Assembly (NCBI GenBank): GCA_947648255.1 | Contig: CANSNA010000004.1 | Span: forward strand, 1-53,410 | Direction: 5' to 3' | DNA length: 53,410 nucleotides | Source of the DNA: an uncultured Clostridium sp. | Lineage (GTDB): Bacteria > Bacillota > Clostridia > TANB77 > CAG-508 | Part shown: positions 33,011 to 45,300 of the stretch, piece after piece | How the letters are laid out: every line of letters starts with the position of its first letter | How positions within the stretch are numbered: position 1 is the first letter of the stretch | Notes under the pieces: model-generated | What the model saw: only the letters and a program-made list of their open reading frames with translations | The model's database searches: none | Told to the model about the DNA's origin: nothing | Program-made: the position numbers and the translations under genes

Positions 33011-34449
33011 CTACTTTTTTGTAGGCACTTTTATTACAACCTCTGTTCCTTCTCCAGCTTTACTTTTTATATCAATACTACCATTGTTTTTATCTAATAT
33101 TTCTTTTGCGATAGAGAGCCCAAGTCCTGTTCCTCCCATTTCTCTTGTTCTTGCTTTATCTACTCTATAAAACCTGTCAAATATACGTGTTAAATCATCT
33201 TCTGGAATTCCAATTCCATTATCTATTATTTTGATATATGCGTCATTATATACAAACCCTACATAAATCTTGATATTACCTTCATCTTTTGTATATTTAA
33301 TACTGTTTGTTAATATATTTAAAACAACTCTTTCTATTCCATCTTTATCTGCATATACAGCTGGAACATTTGCAGTAACAAAGCATTCTACTATTTGATG
33401 TTTCTTTTCTATTTCAAGTTGCACTTTTTCTTGACACTGTTTTACAAGTTCACCTAGATCAAACTCCACTTTTTCTTGTTTAACTTCATTATTATCATAT
33501 CTAGAAAGAGCTAATAAATCTGTCACAAGTTTTGCCATTCTTCTTGCTTCTGTTGCAATTACTGTCAAAAATTTATCTTTTGTTTCTTTATCATATTCAT
33601 CCTCAAGAAGTGTATCAGCATAGCCCATTATTGAAGTAATTGGCGTTTTTAATTCATGTGATACATCAGCAACAAACTCTTTTCTCATATCACTTAATTT
33701 TACATGTTCTGTAATATCTTGTATAACAACAATTACACCTGCTGGAATATCATCTTCACTTTTAAGTGGAGCAAAATGCATATGCATGTGATTATCTCCA
33801 ATTGTTACTCTTTCCTCAGAAGAAGTCCAATTTTCTAAATATATAATTTTTTCTAAGTTTATATCAACTTTTAATTTTTCAAAAATCTTTTCGAAACTAT
33901 TATCTTCTGGAATAAGCCTAAGAAGTCTTGTAGCTGCTGGATTTATCAATTCTATCTTCCCTTCCATATTAAAGGCTATAATACCATCTGTCATGTGCAA
34001 AAGTATTGTTTCTATTTGATTTTTCTTTCTAGAAACCTCGTTTAAATTTTCTTTTAGTTCCTTTGTCATTATATAAAATGCATTCACTAAATCATCAACT
34101 TCATTTTGACTATTGCTTCTTTCCAAATCATTTGTTTCAACTTCTTCACCTGATGCAATTTTTTTTGCATTATTAATTAATCTAGTAATTGGAGAAACTA
34201 TTTTTTTAGTTACTAAAATTCCGAATAATTATGCATGTTAAAGCAAAAATAACTATTGTATATACTGTTAAAACTTTTGTATCTTTTTGATACTCTTGTA
34301 GTTCTTCAATATATTCTCCGTATAGTATTTTCTTCTAATTCATTTATCTTTTGTGCTCCTTTATAATTTAGATATCCCATTGTTCCAATTATAATACTTC
34401 CAATTAGTAAAAAAATCAAAACAATTTTTATTTGTATATTCTTAAGCAT
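33011..34449 (-). CDS. Sensor histidine kinase (HAMP-PAS-HisKA-HATPase, WalK/PhoR-like); two CGGA sites (34317, 34220)
   Basis: Recoding joins TM1, TM2 (CIII-G-ILVTKKIVSPI) and HAMP to VSHELKTPITSI...DRFYRVDKARTREMGGTGLGL. Confidence 0.88.
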
Positions 34450-34480
34450 TGTAATATTCCCTTCTATTTTTCCCTTATTA

Positions 34481-34510
34481 ATCAAGGGCACTTAAAGAAG
34501 TGCCCTTGAT
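34481..34510. terminator. 13-bp perfect hairpin between response regulator and kinase
   Basis: ATCAAGGGCACTT-aaag-AAGTGCCCTTGAT. Confidence 0.55.
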
Positions 34511-34526
34511 ATCTTCACTTTTTAAA

Positions 34527-35252
34527 TTATTCTGGTCTTGCAATATAATATCCTACTCCTCTTTTAGTTACAAGTATTTGAGGGTTTGTTGTATCTTCTT
34601 CAATTTTTTCTCTTATTCTTCTTACTGTAACATCAACTGTTCTTATATCTCCAAAATACTCATATCCCCATACTTTTTCAAGTAAAAGTTCTCTTGAAAC
34701 AATTTGCCCAGGTTGAAGTGCTAAATATTTAAGTGCCTCAAATTCTCTAACCGTCAAATCAACTTTTTCTCCTCTTACTCTTACTTCAAATCTATCTACA
34801 TCAAGAAGTAAATCTCCTACCTCTATTTTATGTTCTTCCTTTTTTTCTTTTGTTTCAGGAGCAACTGCTGTTGCCTCTGTTTTTCTTAAATTAGCCTTAA
34901 CTCTTGCCATAAGTTCTCTTACGCTAAATGGTTTTGTTATGTAATCATCTGCTCCAAGTTCCAGTCCTACAATCTTATCTAGTTCCTCATCTTTCGCAGA
35001 CAGAATAAGTATTGGTACACTAAGTGCACTTTTTATTTTTTTACAAGCTGTTAGCCCATCCATCTTAGGAAGCATAATGTCCAAAAGAATCAAATCTGGT
35101 TTTTGCTCTATAGCCATTTCAACAGCTGTTACTCCATCATTTGCTTCAATTGTATTATATCCTTCTTTTTTTAAATTGTATACTAGTATATCAATAATAG
35201 ACTGCTCATCATCCACTATGAGTATTGTTTTTTTGTCTTCTTCTTCGAACAT
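34527..35252 (-). CDS. OmpR-family response regulator (WalR/PhoP-like)
   Basis: ILIVDDE, LLDIMLP, GADDYITKPF, VWGYEYFGDIRTVDVTVRRIREKIE. Confidence 0.92.
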   Translation of the reverse strand: MFEEEDKKTILIVDDEQSIIDILVYNLKKEGYNTIEANDGVTAVEMAIEQKPDLILLDIMLPKMDGLTACKKIKSALSVPILILSAKDEELDKIVGLELGADDYITKPFSVRELMARVKANLRKTEATAVAPETKEKKEEHKIEVGDLLLDVDRFEVRVRGEKVDLTVREFEALKYLALQPGQIVSRELLLEKVWGYEYFGDIRTVDVTVRRIREKIEEDTTNPQILVTKRGVGYYIARPE

Positions 35253-35330
35253 AAATTCCTCCGCCTTTCATTTAAGACTTTATATTTAAATTTATATCAC
35301 ACATTTAAAATTAAATCAAGCTTTTATAGT

Positions 35331-36015
35331 TTACATTGCACCTTCTTTTTTAAATACTGAAAGTATTGTTTTTAAAATTATTTTTATGTCATACCATAGA
35401 CTTCTGTTATTATAATACTCTAAATCAAGTTTTAGTCTTTCTTTAAAAGTGTTTTGGCTCCTTCCTGAAACCTGCCAAAGTCCTGTTATACCAGGTTTAC
35501 ATTTTATAATATAATTATAATACTCTTCCATATCTTTTTTTTCTCTATTTAGATATGGTCTTGGTCCGTACAAAACTCATTTCACCTTTTAACACATTTA
35601 TAAATTGTGGAAACTCATCTAAGCTTGTCTTTCTTAAAAAATTCCCTACTTTTGTAATTCTATCATCATTTTCTACTTTTCTATAGTTCAAATATTTTTC
35701 TCTAAATTCTATATCACTTTTAAGTTTTCTCATTAAAATTTTATCAGCATCAACTACCATTGTTCTAAATTTATATAATCTAAATAGCTTTCCGTTTTCA
35801 CCAATTCTTTTTTGCATGAAAAACACAGGACCTTTATCCCCTTCTATTCTGTTTGCAATAAATACAATAAATGCAATTGGACAAAGTACAATTACACCAA
35901 GCATTGCAATCAAAATATCAATTGCTCTTTTGCAAACTCTATATATATTTATGTTACTATTTTCTTGTATTTTAATGTTCATACTTATATTATTAACATT
36001 TTCTCCGTTTATCAT
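35331..36015 (-). CDS. Bacterial sugar transferase (WcaJ/CpsE-type priming phosphoglycosyl transferase); one CGGA site (35565-35568)
   Basis: KFRTM, [40 protein letters not shown]. Confidence 0.9.
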
Positions 36016-36175
36016 ATTCTCTCCTAAGTAATTTATCCTTAGCATTTCTTCTTGTCTCTTAATTTGTGCAATTTGCATAAAAGTTTGATATTACAAATAA
36101 TATCATAAAGCGACAAAAAGTGCAAGACATTTGTATTGAATATTTTACTATTATTCTTTCCAACTTTTTATATAA

Positions 36176-36955
36176 TCATTCACTTTGAGCATCAAATACT
36201 TCTAGGTTTTCTCCTAGTATTATTTTTAAAATGTTTTTAAATTCATTTGATGGTTTGCTTAGAAAAATTTTTTTATTTAAGAATTCTTGTTTTTTGAAAC
36301 TGAAATTTTCCTCTAAGTAATTTGAAACTTGTTTTCCTGTATTTATTAAATTTACTTTATAGCCTAACTCTTCTCTAATCATTTCTTCATAAATTGGATA
36401 ATGAGTACATCCTAAAATGATATTTTGAATATGTCTTTCTTTAAAAACTTTCATATATTCTTTTATTTTTTGTCTTCCTTCTTCACTTTTGGCTCTTCCT
36501 TCTTCTGCGACTGTTGCAAGCATTGGGCATGCTTTGTTTACAACACAAAGCTTATTATTTTCTATTTTTAGATTTCTTTCCCATTCTCCGCTTCTTATTG
36601 TTCCCTCTGTTGCGATAACTCCGCACTTCTTTAAGTAATAACTTTTTTATGTACTTTACAGTAGGTTCAATTATTCCGAATAATCGGAACATTAAACCTA
36701 TCTTTTAAAACCCCCAGTGCTTGGCTAGTTGCAGTACCACATGCAACAACAACCACATCAGCTCCCTTACTTAATAAAAACTCTGTATTATGAATCGCAA
36801 ATTTAACAATCTCTTCTTTAGATTTAGGTCCATATGGAAAATTTAAAGTATCTCCTAAATAAATCAAGTTTGCTCCAAAAGCCTTTTTTTCTATTTCTTT
36901 TAAAACTGTAAGTCCTCCGAACTCCTGAATCAAAGATTCCTATTGTATTTTTCAT
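36176..36955 (-). CDS. murI: Glutamate racemase; three CGGA sites (36916, 36675, 36620)
   Basis: IGIFDSGV-G-GLTV, FPYGPKS, VACGTA, PII-G-IIEP, KEV-G-VIATEGT, ILGCTHYP. Confidence 0.92.
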
Positions 36956-37049
36956 AAATGCATCTCCTATATATTTAGCCTACATAATTATATAAATGTT
37001 TAATGTTATATTTTGGTTACAGTTTTAAATTATACCACAAATTTGCATT

Positions 37050-38048
37050 TCACACAATATAAATAATTTCGTTTTCTGGAAAGTATTTATGCAAATTTTC
37101 TTTAAAAAATTTTGTCCCTTCTTCTCTTATTTCTGGCTTGTACCAGTACTTTCCTCTTCCTCTTCCTGTCATAATCTCTTTGTCATATAAATTTATTCTA
37201 TTAGGGAAAGCATCTGCATTTATCTTTGTATGAACATAGCTATATGTCATGAAAATAACCTCAAAAAACACATCTTTTTTTGCTTTAGGAGAAAGTTTAC
37301 TTTGGAGCTCTTTAATAAGCTCTAAATATAATTCCTTCCAATTTTCCACAAAAATAACTGGTGCAATTAAAATTCCCACTTTATATCCTGCATCTTTTAA
37401 TCTATTTATGGCCTCAATTCTTCCTCTTAATCTAGATGTTCCAAACTCTACTTGTTCAATAATTTCTTTTGGATTAACACTCATACGAATAATAATTTTT
37501 CCCTTATGATCTAAATCTAAAATATTATCTACCATATCAAACTTTGTTGGGAAAGTTAAAAAACCTTTTGAAGTATCCTTAAAATTCTCAATAGTCCATA
37601 CTAAATTATTGGTAATAGTATTTTCCAAAACTAAATCACTATTACTACCAATTTCAAAGGTTAAATCTTTATCTTCTCTATTTGAAACTTTTATTACTTT
37701 TTCTAGCATTTCTTCTCTATTTACAAAAAGCCTTAAATATGCACACTTATTATAATTACATACTAAATAGCAATACATACAAGAAGCTATACATCCAGAA
37801 GATGTATATGGTACCAGAAAATCAGAAATTTTATGATTTGGCACAAATTTATGTGTTTTTCTAGTTCCTATTATTAAATTTGTCTTCATCTCTACAAATT
37901 CTTTATTTTCCTTTTCTTGCATTTCTTTTATGGAATTGTGATTTTCAATTTCTATTTTAGGAATATCTTTATATTTCTCTAAAAGTTCTTTTCCAAGAAC
38001 ATAATTTTCAATATTTTTTTCAAAATAAATAGCTTTAGGTTTAAACAT
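37050..38048 (-). CDS. splB: Spore photoproduct lyase family radical SAM protein
   Basis: PYTSSGCIASCMYCYL, FEIGSNSD, GRGRGKYWY. Confidence 0.8.
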   Translation of the reverse strand: MFKPKAIYFEKNIENYVLGKELLEKYKDIPKIEIENHNSIKEMQEKENKEFVEMKTNLIIGTRKTHKFVPNHKISDFLVPYTSSGCIASCMYCYLVCNYNKCAYLRLFVNREEMLEKVIKVSNREDKDLTFEIGSNSDLVLENTITNNLVWTIENFKDTSKGFLTFPTKFDMVDNILDLDHKGKIIIRMSVNPKEIIEQVEFGTSRLRGRIEAINRLKDAGYKVGILIAPVIFVENWKELYLELIKELQSKLSPKAKKDVFFEVIFMTYSYVHTKINADAFPNRINLYDKEIMTGRGRGKYWYKPEIREEGTKFFKENLHKYFPENEIIYIV

Positions 38049-38095
38049 AACTAATTCTCCTTAAAAATTAGTATTCCCAAAGCTAATTTCTTTAT

Positions 38096-38725
38096 TTATT
38101 TTTTATTATACTCTTTGCACATTTTAGAAAGTTTACATTCATTGCATTTTGGATTTCTTGCAGTACAAATATTCCTTCCATGCCAAATAAGAAGATGATT
38201 TACATCTTTATAATCTTTTTTATTGAAAAATTTTAGCAAATCTTGTTCTATTTTTTCTGGTTCATTTTCAAAACTCAATCCTAATTTATTTGAAATTCTT
38301 TTGCAATGAGTATCAACTGCTATTCCCTTAGCTTCTCCAAATACCTCAAGCATCACAACATTTGCACTTTTTCTTCCAACTCCCGGAAGACTCATAAGCT
38401 CCTCCATTGTTTTGGGCACTTTTCCATTATATTTTGTAACAATCATCTCTGCACATTTTTTTATATTTTTTGCTTTATTTTTATAAAACCCACATGGATG
38501 TATTAGTTCTTCCAACTCTTCTAAGTCTATCTTTGCAAACTCTTCTGGTTCTTTATATTTTGCAAAAATTGCAGGTGTTGTTTTATTCACTCTATCATCT
38601 GTGCATTGAGCAGAAAGCATTACAGCAACAATCATTTCAAATGGTGTTTCAAAATTTAAACTGCATTTTGCATCTGGATATTCTTTTCTTAAAATATCTA
38701 CTAGTTCTTCACTTTGTTTTTTCAT
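38096..38725 (-). CDS. nth: Endonuclease III
   Basis: LSAQCTD, LPGVGRKSANV, AVDTH, CTARNPKCNECKLSKMC. Confidence 0.95.
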   Translation of the reverse strand: MKKQSEELVDILRKEYPDAKCSLNFETPFEMIVAVMLSAQCTDDRVNKTTPAIFAKYKEPEEFAKIDLEELEELIHPCGFYKNKAKNIKKCAEMIVTKYNGKVPKTMEELMSLPGVGRKSANVVMLEVFGEAKGIAVDTHCKRISNKLGLSFENEPEKIEQDLLKFFNKKDYKDVNHLLIWHGRNICTARNPKCNECKLSKMCKEYNKK

Positions 38726-38808
38726 ATAAAATCATCCTTTTCTATTTTAGTTACTTTCACATTTTTTATGTTTAGTTAATATAATAATCATATAGGAGGT
38801 AAGGTATT

Positions 38809-38958
38809 ATGTTTAAGCTTCTCAAAAAGACTTTAGCAGTATGTTTAATAGGTTTTGGGCTTGGAATGCTCTTTGTATTGTTACTTCCTTTATGTGGCTG
38901 GCTATTTATTATAGGTGTTGTTTTAGTTATTTTGGGCTTGGTTTGGCTTTCATGTTAA
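38809..38958 (+). CDS. Small membrane protein (49 aa) upstream of spoVM
   Basis: RBS AGGAGGT; MFKLLKKTLAVCLIGFGLGMLFVLLLPLCGWLFIIGVVLVILGLVWLSC. Confidence 0.7.
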   Translation: MFKLLKKTLAVCLIGFGLGMLFVLLLPLCGWLFIIGVVLVILGLVWLSC

Positions 38959-38979
38959 GAAAGGAGTGTGTTTAAACTT

Positions 38980-39054
38980 ATGACTATTGTTGTAAAAAAA
39001 GTTCCAAAATTTTTAAGAGGAATTGTAAAATTTATCTTTGGCATAAAGGACTAA
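38980..39054 (+). CDS. spoVM: Stage V sporulation protein M (24 aa)
   Basis: MTIVVKKVPKFLRGIVKFIFGIKD resembles SpoVM (KLPKFLGGIV); RBS AAGGAG; convergent with rpmB as in other endospore formers. Confidence 0.82.
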   Translation: MTIVVKKVPKFLRGIVKFIFGIKD

Positions 39055-39065
39055 TTACATAACGC

Positions 39066-39093
39066 AAAAAGAGTAGAACTAACTCTACTCTTT
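39066..39093. terminator. Bidirectional terminator between spoVM and rpmB
   Basis: AAAGAGTAGA-actaac-TCTACTCTTT. Confidence 0.7.
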
Positions 39094-39097
39094 ATCT

Positions 39098-39295
39098 TTA
39101 TACTCTATTAACTTTGCCTGAACGTAAACATTGAGTGCATACTTTTATTCTCTTTGGTTGACCATTTTCCATTACTTTTACACTTTGTAAATTTGGTTTC
39201 CAAGTTCTCTTGCTTCTCTTACTAACGTGAGAACGTGCAATGCTTAATTTGTTTCCGTGGCTTACTGATTTTTCACAAATCGCACATTTTGCCAT
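39098..39295 (-). CDS. rpmB: 50S ribosomal protein L28
   Basis: MAKCAICEK...GNKLS...SKRTWKPNLQ...VCTQCLRSGKV. Confidence 0.95.
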   Translation of the reverse strand: MAKCAICEKSVSHGNKLSIARSHVSKRSKRTWKPNLQSVKVMENGQPKRIKVCTQCLRSGKVNRV

Positions 39296-39439
39296 AATGT
39301 ATCATCCCTTTCTCATAGTTTATAAAACTGACTATTTAATAATATAACACAAAACTCAAAAAAAATCAAGCAATTTTTAAAAAAATATGAATATTCTTAA
39401 AATACGAGTTAATACTACCTAAGTAAAGAGGTGATAATC

Positions 39440-39568
39440 TTGACTAATATAAATTGTACAGCAAACTGTATTTATCAAAAGGATGGGAAGTGTTCTTACG
39501 AAACTGCTTCCCAAAAAACTGTAACAATTTCTGCAGATTGTGCTTACTTTTCTAAAAAGAAAAAATAA
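39440..39568 (+). CDS. Small four-Cys protein (42 aa)
   Basis: RBS GAGGTG, TTG start: MTNINCTANCIYQKDGKCSYETASQKTVTISADCAYFSKKKK. Confidence 0.6.
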   Translation: MTNINCTANCIYQKDGKCSYETASQKTVTISADCAYFSKKKK

Positions 39569-42013
39569 TTACTTAAATAAAATTTTACCGCTTCTCAACT
39601 ACAAGAGTTTTTTTAGAATTTATTTTAAGTGTTCCGTTCAAGTATTGCATCTGTTATATTATCTTCAACAACTGATTGTATAACACGTCTTAGTGGTCTT
39701 GCTCCATAGCTTTTATCTTCATTTTGATTTATAATATAATCTTTAACACTCTTATCGACTTCAAACAATATTCCTTGCTCTTCAAGTCTTTTAGTAATTT
39801 TATTTATCATTAAATCTACAATTTTTCTCAAATCTTCATCATAAAGCTTGTGAAAGACTATTATCTCATCTATACGGTTTATGAATTCTGGTCTAAGCTC
39901 TTTTTTTAGCTCTTGCATTATATTCTTTTTTATATTTTTATAGGACTCTTCTTGCTCATTCTCACTCGTATTTGAAAAACCTAACTTTTTACTTTCTGTA
40001 ATTAGATTTGCTCCGATATTTGATGTCATGATAATAACTGTATTTTTAAAGCTAACTGTTCTCCCTGTACTATCTGTTAATCTGCTATCTTCTAAAATTT
40101 GAAGTAAAATGTTTAAAGCATCTGGATGAGCCTTCTCAATTTCATCAAAAAGCACTATTGAGTATGGTTTTTGCCTTACCTTTTTAGTTAAATACCCTCC
40201 ATCATCATGCCCCACATATCCGTGGAGGTGAACCAATAAGTTTAGAAGTTGCATGAGCTTCCATATATTCACTCATATCTACTCTTATTATTGCATCTTC
40301 CGTTCCGAAAAGTACATCAGCTAATGCCTTTGATGTCTCTGTCTTTCCAACTCCTGTAGGTCCTAAAAATAGAAAAGAACCAATTGGGCGATTTGGATCT
40401 TTTACACCAACTCTCCCCCTTCTTATACATTTTGAAACCGCTTCTATCGCTTGGTTTTGTCCAACAACTCTTTTATGCAGTTCTTCTTCTAAATTCTTAA
40501 GCTTCAAATTTTCATCTTGAGTAATTTTTTTAACTGGTATATTTGTCCACTTTGAAATTACATCAGCGATATTTTCTTCTCCAATTACAGTTACAGCCTT
40601 AACATTTTCATCATTCCATTTTTCCTTTTCCTTATCTAATTTCTTTTGCTGCTTTTCCTCTTTATCCCTTAGCTCTGCTGCTTTTTCAAATTCTTGTGAT
40701 CTAATTGCCTCTTCTTTTTCTTCTTTTAATTTCTCTATACTTTCTTCTAAAGCCTTAAGTTTATCAGGTCTTGTATATTTTATCATTCTCACATTAGAAG
40801 CTGCTTCATCAATTATATCAATTGCTTTATCTGGCAAAAACCTATCTACTATATATCTAACAGATAAATTAACAGCTGCATTTATTGCCTCATCTGTAAT
40901 TCGTACATTGTGGTGTGCCTCATATTTATCTCTTATACCTTGAATCATAGTTATAGTATCTTTGATGCAAGGCTCTTCAATCACAACTTTACTAAATCTT
41001 CTCTCTAATGCTGCATCTTTTTCAATATATTTTCTATATTCATCCATTGTAGTTGCACCAATTAAGCTTATTTCCCCTCTTGCTAAAATTGGCTTTAAAA
41101 TATTAGCTGCATCAATAGCTCCTTCTGCTGAACCTGCTCCGACTATAGTATGTATCTCATCAATAAATAAGATAACATCTTTTTCTTTTTTAACTTCATT
41201 TAAAATCTTCTTAATTCTATCTTCAAAATCCCCTCTATATTTAGCTCCTGCAACAACACTTGAAATATCAAGATTTACTATTCTTTTATTTTTTAACATC
41301 TGTGGAACTTCGCCTATAGCAATCCTTAAAGCTAATCCTTCTGCAATTGCAGTTTTACCAACACCTGGTTCACCCACTAAGCATGGATTATTTTTTGTTC
41401 TTCTAGTTAAAATTTGTATGACTCTTTCTATTTCTTCTTTTCTACCTATAACTTGATCTAAAAGCCCATTTTGAGCATCTCTTAATAAGTCTCTTCCAAA
41501 CTGATTTAAAGTTGGAGTCTGAGAAAAACTCGTTTTTTCTTTTTCTCTTTTTTCTTTTATTCTATTATCTTCTGCCATATCTTCGCTCATAACTTTTAGA
41601 ATATCTTCATATACTATTTTTAAATTTGCTTCTAAATTAATAAGTATTCTAATTGCAACACTATCGCCTTCTTTCATGATACCAACTAAAATATGTTCAG
41701 TACCAATATATGCAGAATTCAACTTTTTAGCCTCATCAGATGCATTCTCCAATATTTTCTTTGTTCTTGGAGTAAACCCCAAAATCTTTTTAGATTTAGT
41801 CTTAGTGCTTCCCATAATTTCTTCAATTTTAGTCAAAACATTTTCAGCATTTACATTTTGCTTTTCCAACACTTTGCTTGCAATTCCTTTATCTTCTTTT
41901 GCAAGCCCATATAAGATATGTTCAGTACCTATATAGGTGTGCCCAAGTTTTAAAGTAATCTCATTTGCATATTCAATTACATTTTTTGCACTCTCAGTAA
42001 ATTTATATGTCAT
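39569..42013 (-). CDS. clpC: ATP-dependent Clp protease ATPase ClpC; CGGN sites at 40219, 39633 and probably 39587
   Basis: Clp-N repeats, GEPGVGKT, UVR, GPTGVGKT; recoded LIGSPP-G-YVGHDDGG, AILE-G-TLK, VEK-G-KILFK*. Confidence 0.94.
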
Positions 42014-42086
42014 ACTTTTCTCCCTTTTTTTATTAGTACTATTATACCAGAATTTACCATAAAAACAAGTTTTTTAAGCAAATTTT

Positions 42087-42209
42087 CTAATTTTTAGTAT
42101 TATCTGTACTATTTGCTAGTTTTTCAGCTATTTCCTTTTGCCTTTCAAGTGTAATCCAAGCAAAATATGATGATATAAATTCTCCATATTTTGTACCATC
42201 TTCTTCCAT
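42087..42209 (-). CDS. Hypothetical small protein (40 aa)
   Basis: RBS AGGAGGTG; MEEDGTKYGEFISSYFAWITLERQKEIAEKLANSTDNTKN. Confidence 0.5.
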   Translation of the reverse strand: MEEDGTKYGEFISSYFAWITLERQKEIAEKLANSTDNTKN

Positions 42210-42303
42210 AAACACACCTCCTTATACAATTTAAATTCCTGCAATATAAACAAAAAAGTTTTCAAAATTAATATACACTAATCTTGAAAACTTTATACAA
42301 ATT

Positions 42304-45300
42304 CTATTTTAGTTTCATTGATAATAACTTACTTATTCCGCTTTCTTCCATAGTTATTCCATAGACTGAATTTCCAGCTTCCATTGTTCCTTTTCTGTGA
42401 GTAATTACTAAAAACTGTGTTCCACCTACAAACTTTTTAATGTAATCTGCAAACCTGTATACATTTACATCATCTAAGGCTGCTTCTATCTCATCAAGTA
42501 CACAAAATGGAGATGGATTAATTTTTAACATTGCAAAAAGCAAAGCAATAGCAGTAAAGGCTCTTTCTCCTCCGTGAAAGAAGCGTCATGTTTTGAAGCT
42601 TCTTTCCAGGTGGTTGAACAATAATTTCAATGCCACACTCAAGCACATTATTTTCATCTTCTAGAACTAAAGCTCCTCTTCCTCCACCAAAAAGCTCTTT
42701 AAATACTTCCCCAAAGTTTTTATTGATAATATTAAATCTTTTAGTAAACTGTTCCTTCATGACATCTAGCATATCTTGGATTATATCTCTTAACTTTGCC
42801 ATGGTATTTTCAATATCTAGCCTTTGTTCACACATAAAATCATATCTTTTAGAAACTTCTTTATATTCTGAAATAGCATCAATATTAACACTACCCAAGT
42901 CTTTTATCTTTCCTCTAATCTCATTTACAACTTTAGTTGCAACCTGGATATTATCTGGTCTTTTGAAGTTCTCTGCATTGTTTGGAGTAATCTCATATTC
43001 ATCCCAAAGCCTATTTGTGTCTCTATCAATGTCTTCTTTTACCTTATCTTTTTTAACACCTATTTTTATAATTTCTTCTTTTAAGCCATCTAATATTTGC
43101 ATTTTCTCCGAAATTTCCTGTTCACTTTTCTCAAGATTTTTATTCTTCTCGTTTCTCTCTTCTTTTAGTTTAATAATACTCTCATCACTATTTGTCATCT
43201 TTTCATCAATTTCTTTGACTCTATTTTCATATTCTAAAATTTTGCCTTTAAGTTCCTCATCTTCTTTTAAAATTTCTTGCATCATGTTTTGCTTATTTTT
43301 AATACTGTTTTTATTGTTTTGAATATCTTGCTCAATTCTTTCTGTCATTTCATCTATAGAACTTTCACTTTCATTAAAAGAAGAAACTGATATTTTTAAA
43401 TTTGTAACATCAAAATTTAAATCATCTATATATTTTTGATTATCCGCATTTAACTTAGCATATTCTTCTATTTCTGATTTTAATTTATTCATAATCTCAG
43501 TTTGATTTGTTAAAAAAACATTTATATCATTTTTCTTAGCAATATTATCTTGCTTTTCTTTATCTATTTCTTCACTTTCTTTTTTTGACTTATCAATTCT
43601 TTCTCTAAGTTTTTGCAAATTTTCATCAACAGCTAAAAGTTTTTGCTTATCTGTTGCATAAGTTACATGTATATCTTGTAGATTTTGTCTTAAGACTTCT
43701 AGCTCTTCATCATACTCACTTGTACTATCTTCAAATTTCTCCTTTTCTTCTACAAGTTTTTGTATTTTATTATCATATTGTTTTAGTTCCTCTTTTATAC
43801 TTTCAATTTGGCTCTTTCTTCCTAAAATGTTTACCGTTTTTTGTGTATATGAACCACCAGAGATTGCACCAGATGGGTTAATTACATCCCCTTTTAAAGT
43901 AACTATTTTAAAAGAATAACCGGTTTAGTTTTGCAAGATCTATCGCCTCTTGCATATCTTCTACAATTACAGTTCTTCCAAGTAGACTAAGTATAATCCC
44001 TTCATATTTTTTATCACATTTAACAATATCTGAGGCAATAACTGCTGATTTTACATTTCCTTTTTGAAATTTATCAAGCTTTTTCCCTTTTACAGAGTTA
44101 ATTGGTAAAAACGAAGCTCTCCCAAGCTTATTTTCTCTTAAATATTCAACTAATTTTTTTGCATCTTGTTCGGTATCTGTAACAATATTTTGAAGAGCCA
44201 CACCTAAGCCGCATTTCAATTGCGATTTGGTATTTGTCATCTACCGATATAAGATCGCTTAAGGCTCCTTCTGAACATTTCTTTAGTTCTGCCACTCTAT
44301 CACAGGCAAGCAAAAGTGATTTAACAGTTTTTGAATATCCTTCTTTTTCTTTTTCTGTTTCTATTAAAAACTTAAGCCTTGATTCTTTTATCCTATATTC
44401 TGATTGTAAATTATTAATCTTTCCATCATATTCTTTTAAAGTTTTCTCTTCTTCTTCCTTTTTCTTAATAATTTCTTCAATTTGAGTTTCTACCTTATTT
44501 TTCTTATTTTCTATCTCTGTAAAACTATTTGCTATATCTTGTCTTGTTAAATTAGTACTATCAAGCTCTGAAATTGCTATTTGAATATCATATTTTAAAG
44601 TTTTTAACCTTTTATCAATATTTTCATTTGTTATATCAATACTACTAATTTCATTTAGTTTCTCATATTTTTCATCTGTAAATTTCTCAATTTGTGCCTT
44701 TTTATCTTCAATTTCTTTTTCCTTCTCTGTAAGATTTCCAGTAACCTTTGCAAGCTCTTCTTCCTTTTCTTTTAGCTCCTTTTCAAATTTTTCTTTATTT
44801 GCAAAAAGTCTTTCTTTTTTTTCTTTCTTTTGCTCTTTTTCCTCTTCAAGTTCTTTGTTTCTTAGGTTTATTTCTTCTATTTCTTTTTCATACCTTGAAT
44901 AGTTTTCTTTATTATTAACTAATCTTTCATTGGAAACATCAATTCCGTGAATTCAATTTTTCCTTTTCTTGTATATTTTGAGTTCCTAAGTTTTGGATAT
45001 CTTCTATCTCAGATGTTATATTATCAATCTCTGTTTTTAATTTTTGTTTCAAATAATTTAATTTTTCTAAATTTTTATTTTCATCTTCATTTTGGTTGTT
45101 TAAAATTTTTTCATCTTCAATTATTTTTTCTAAATTTTCCTTATATGTAGAAATATTATGTATAAAAAGCCCAACCTCAATTTGTTTAAGCTCTTCACGT
45201 AAATTTAAAAACTCTTTTGCCTTTTCTGCTTGAACTTTAAGAGGCTCTAAATTTTGTTCAATTTCTGATAATACATCATTTATCCTAAGCAAATTAAGCT

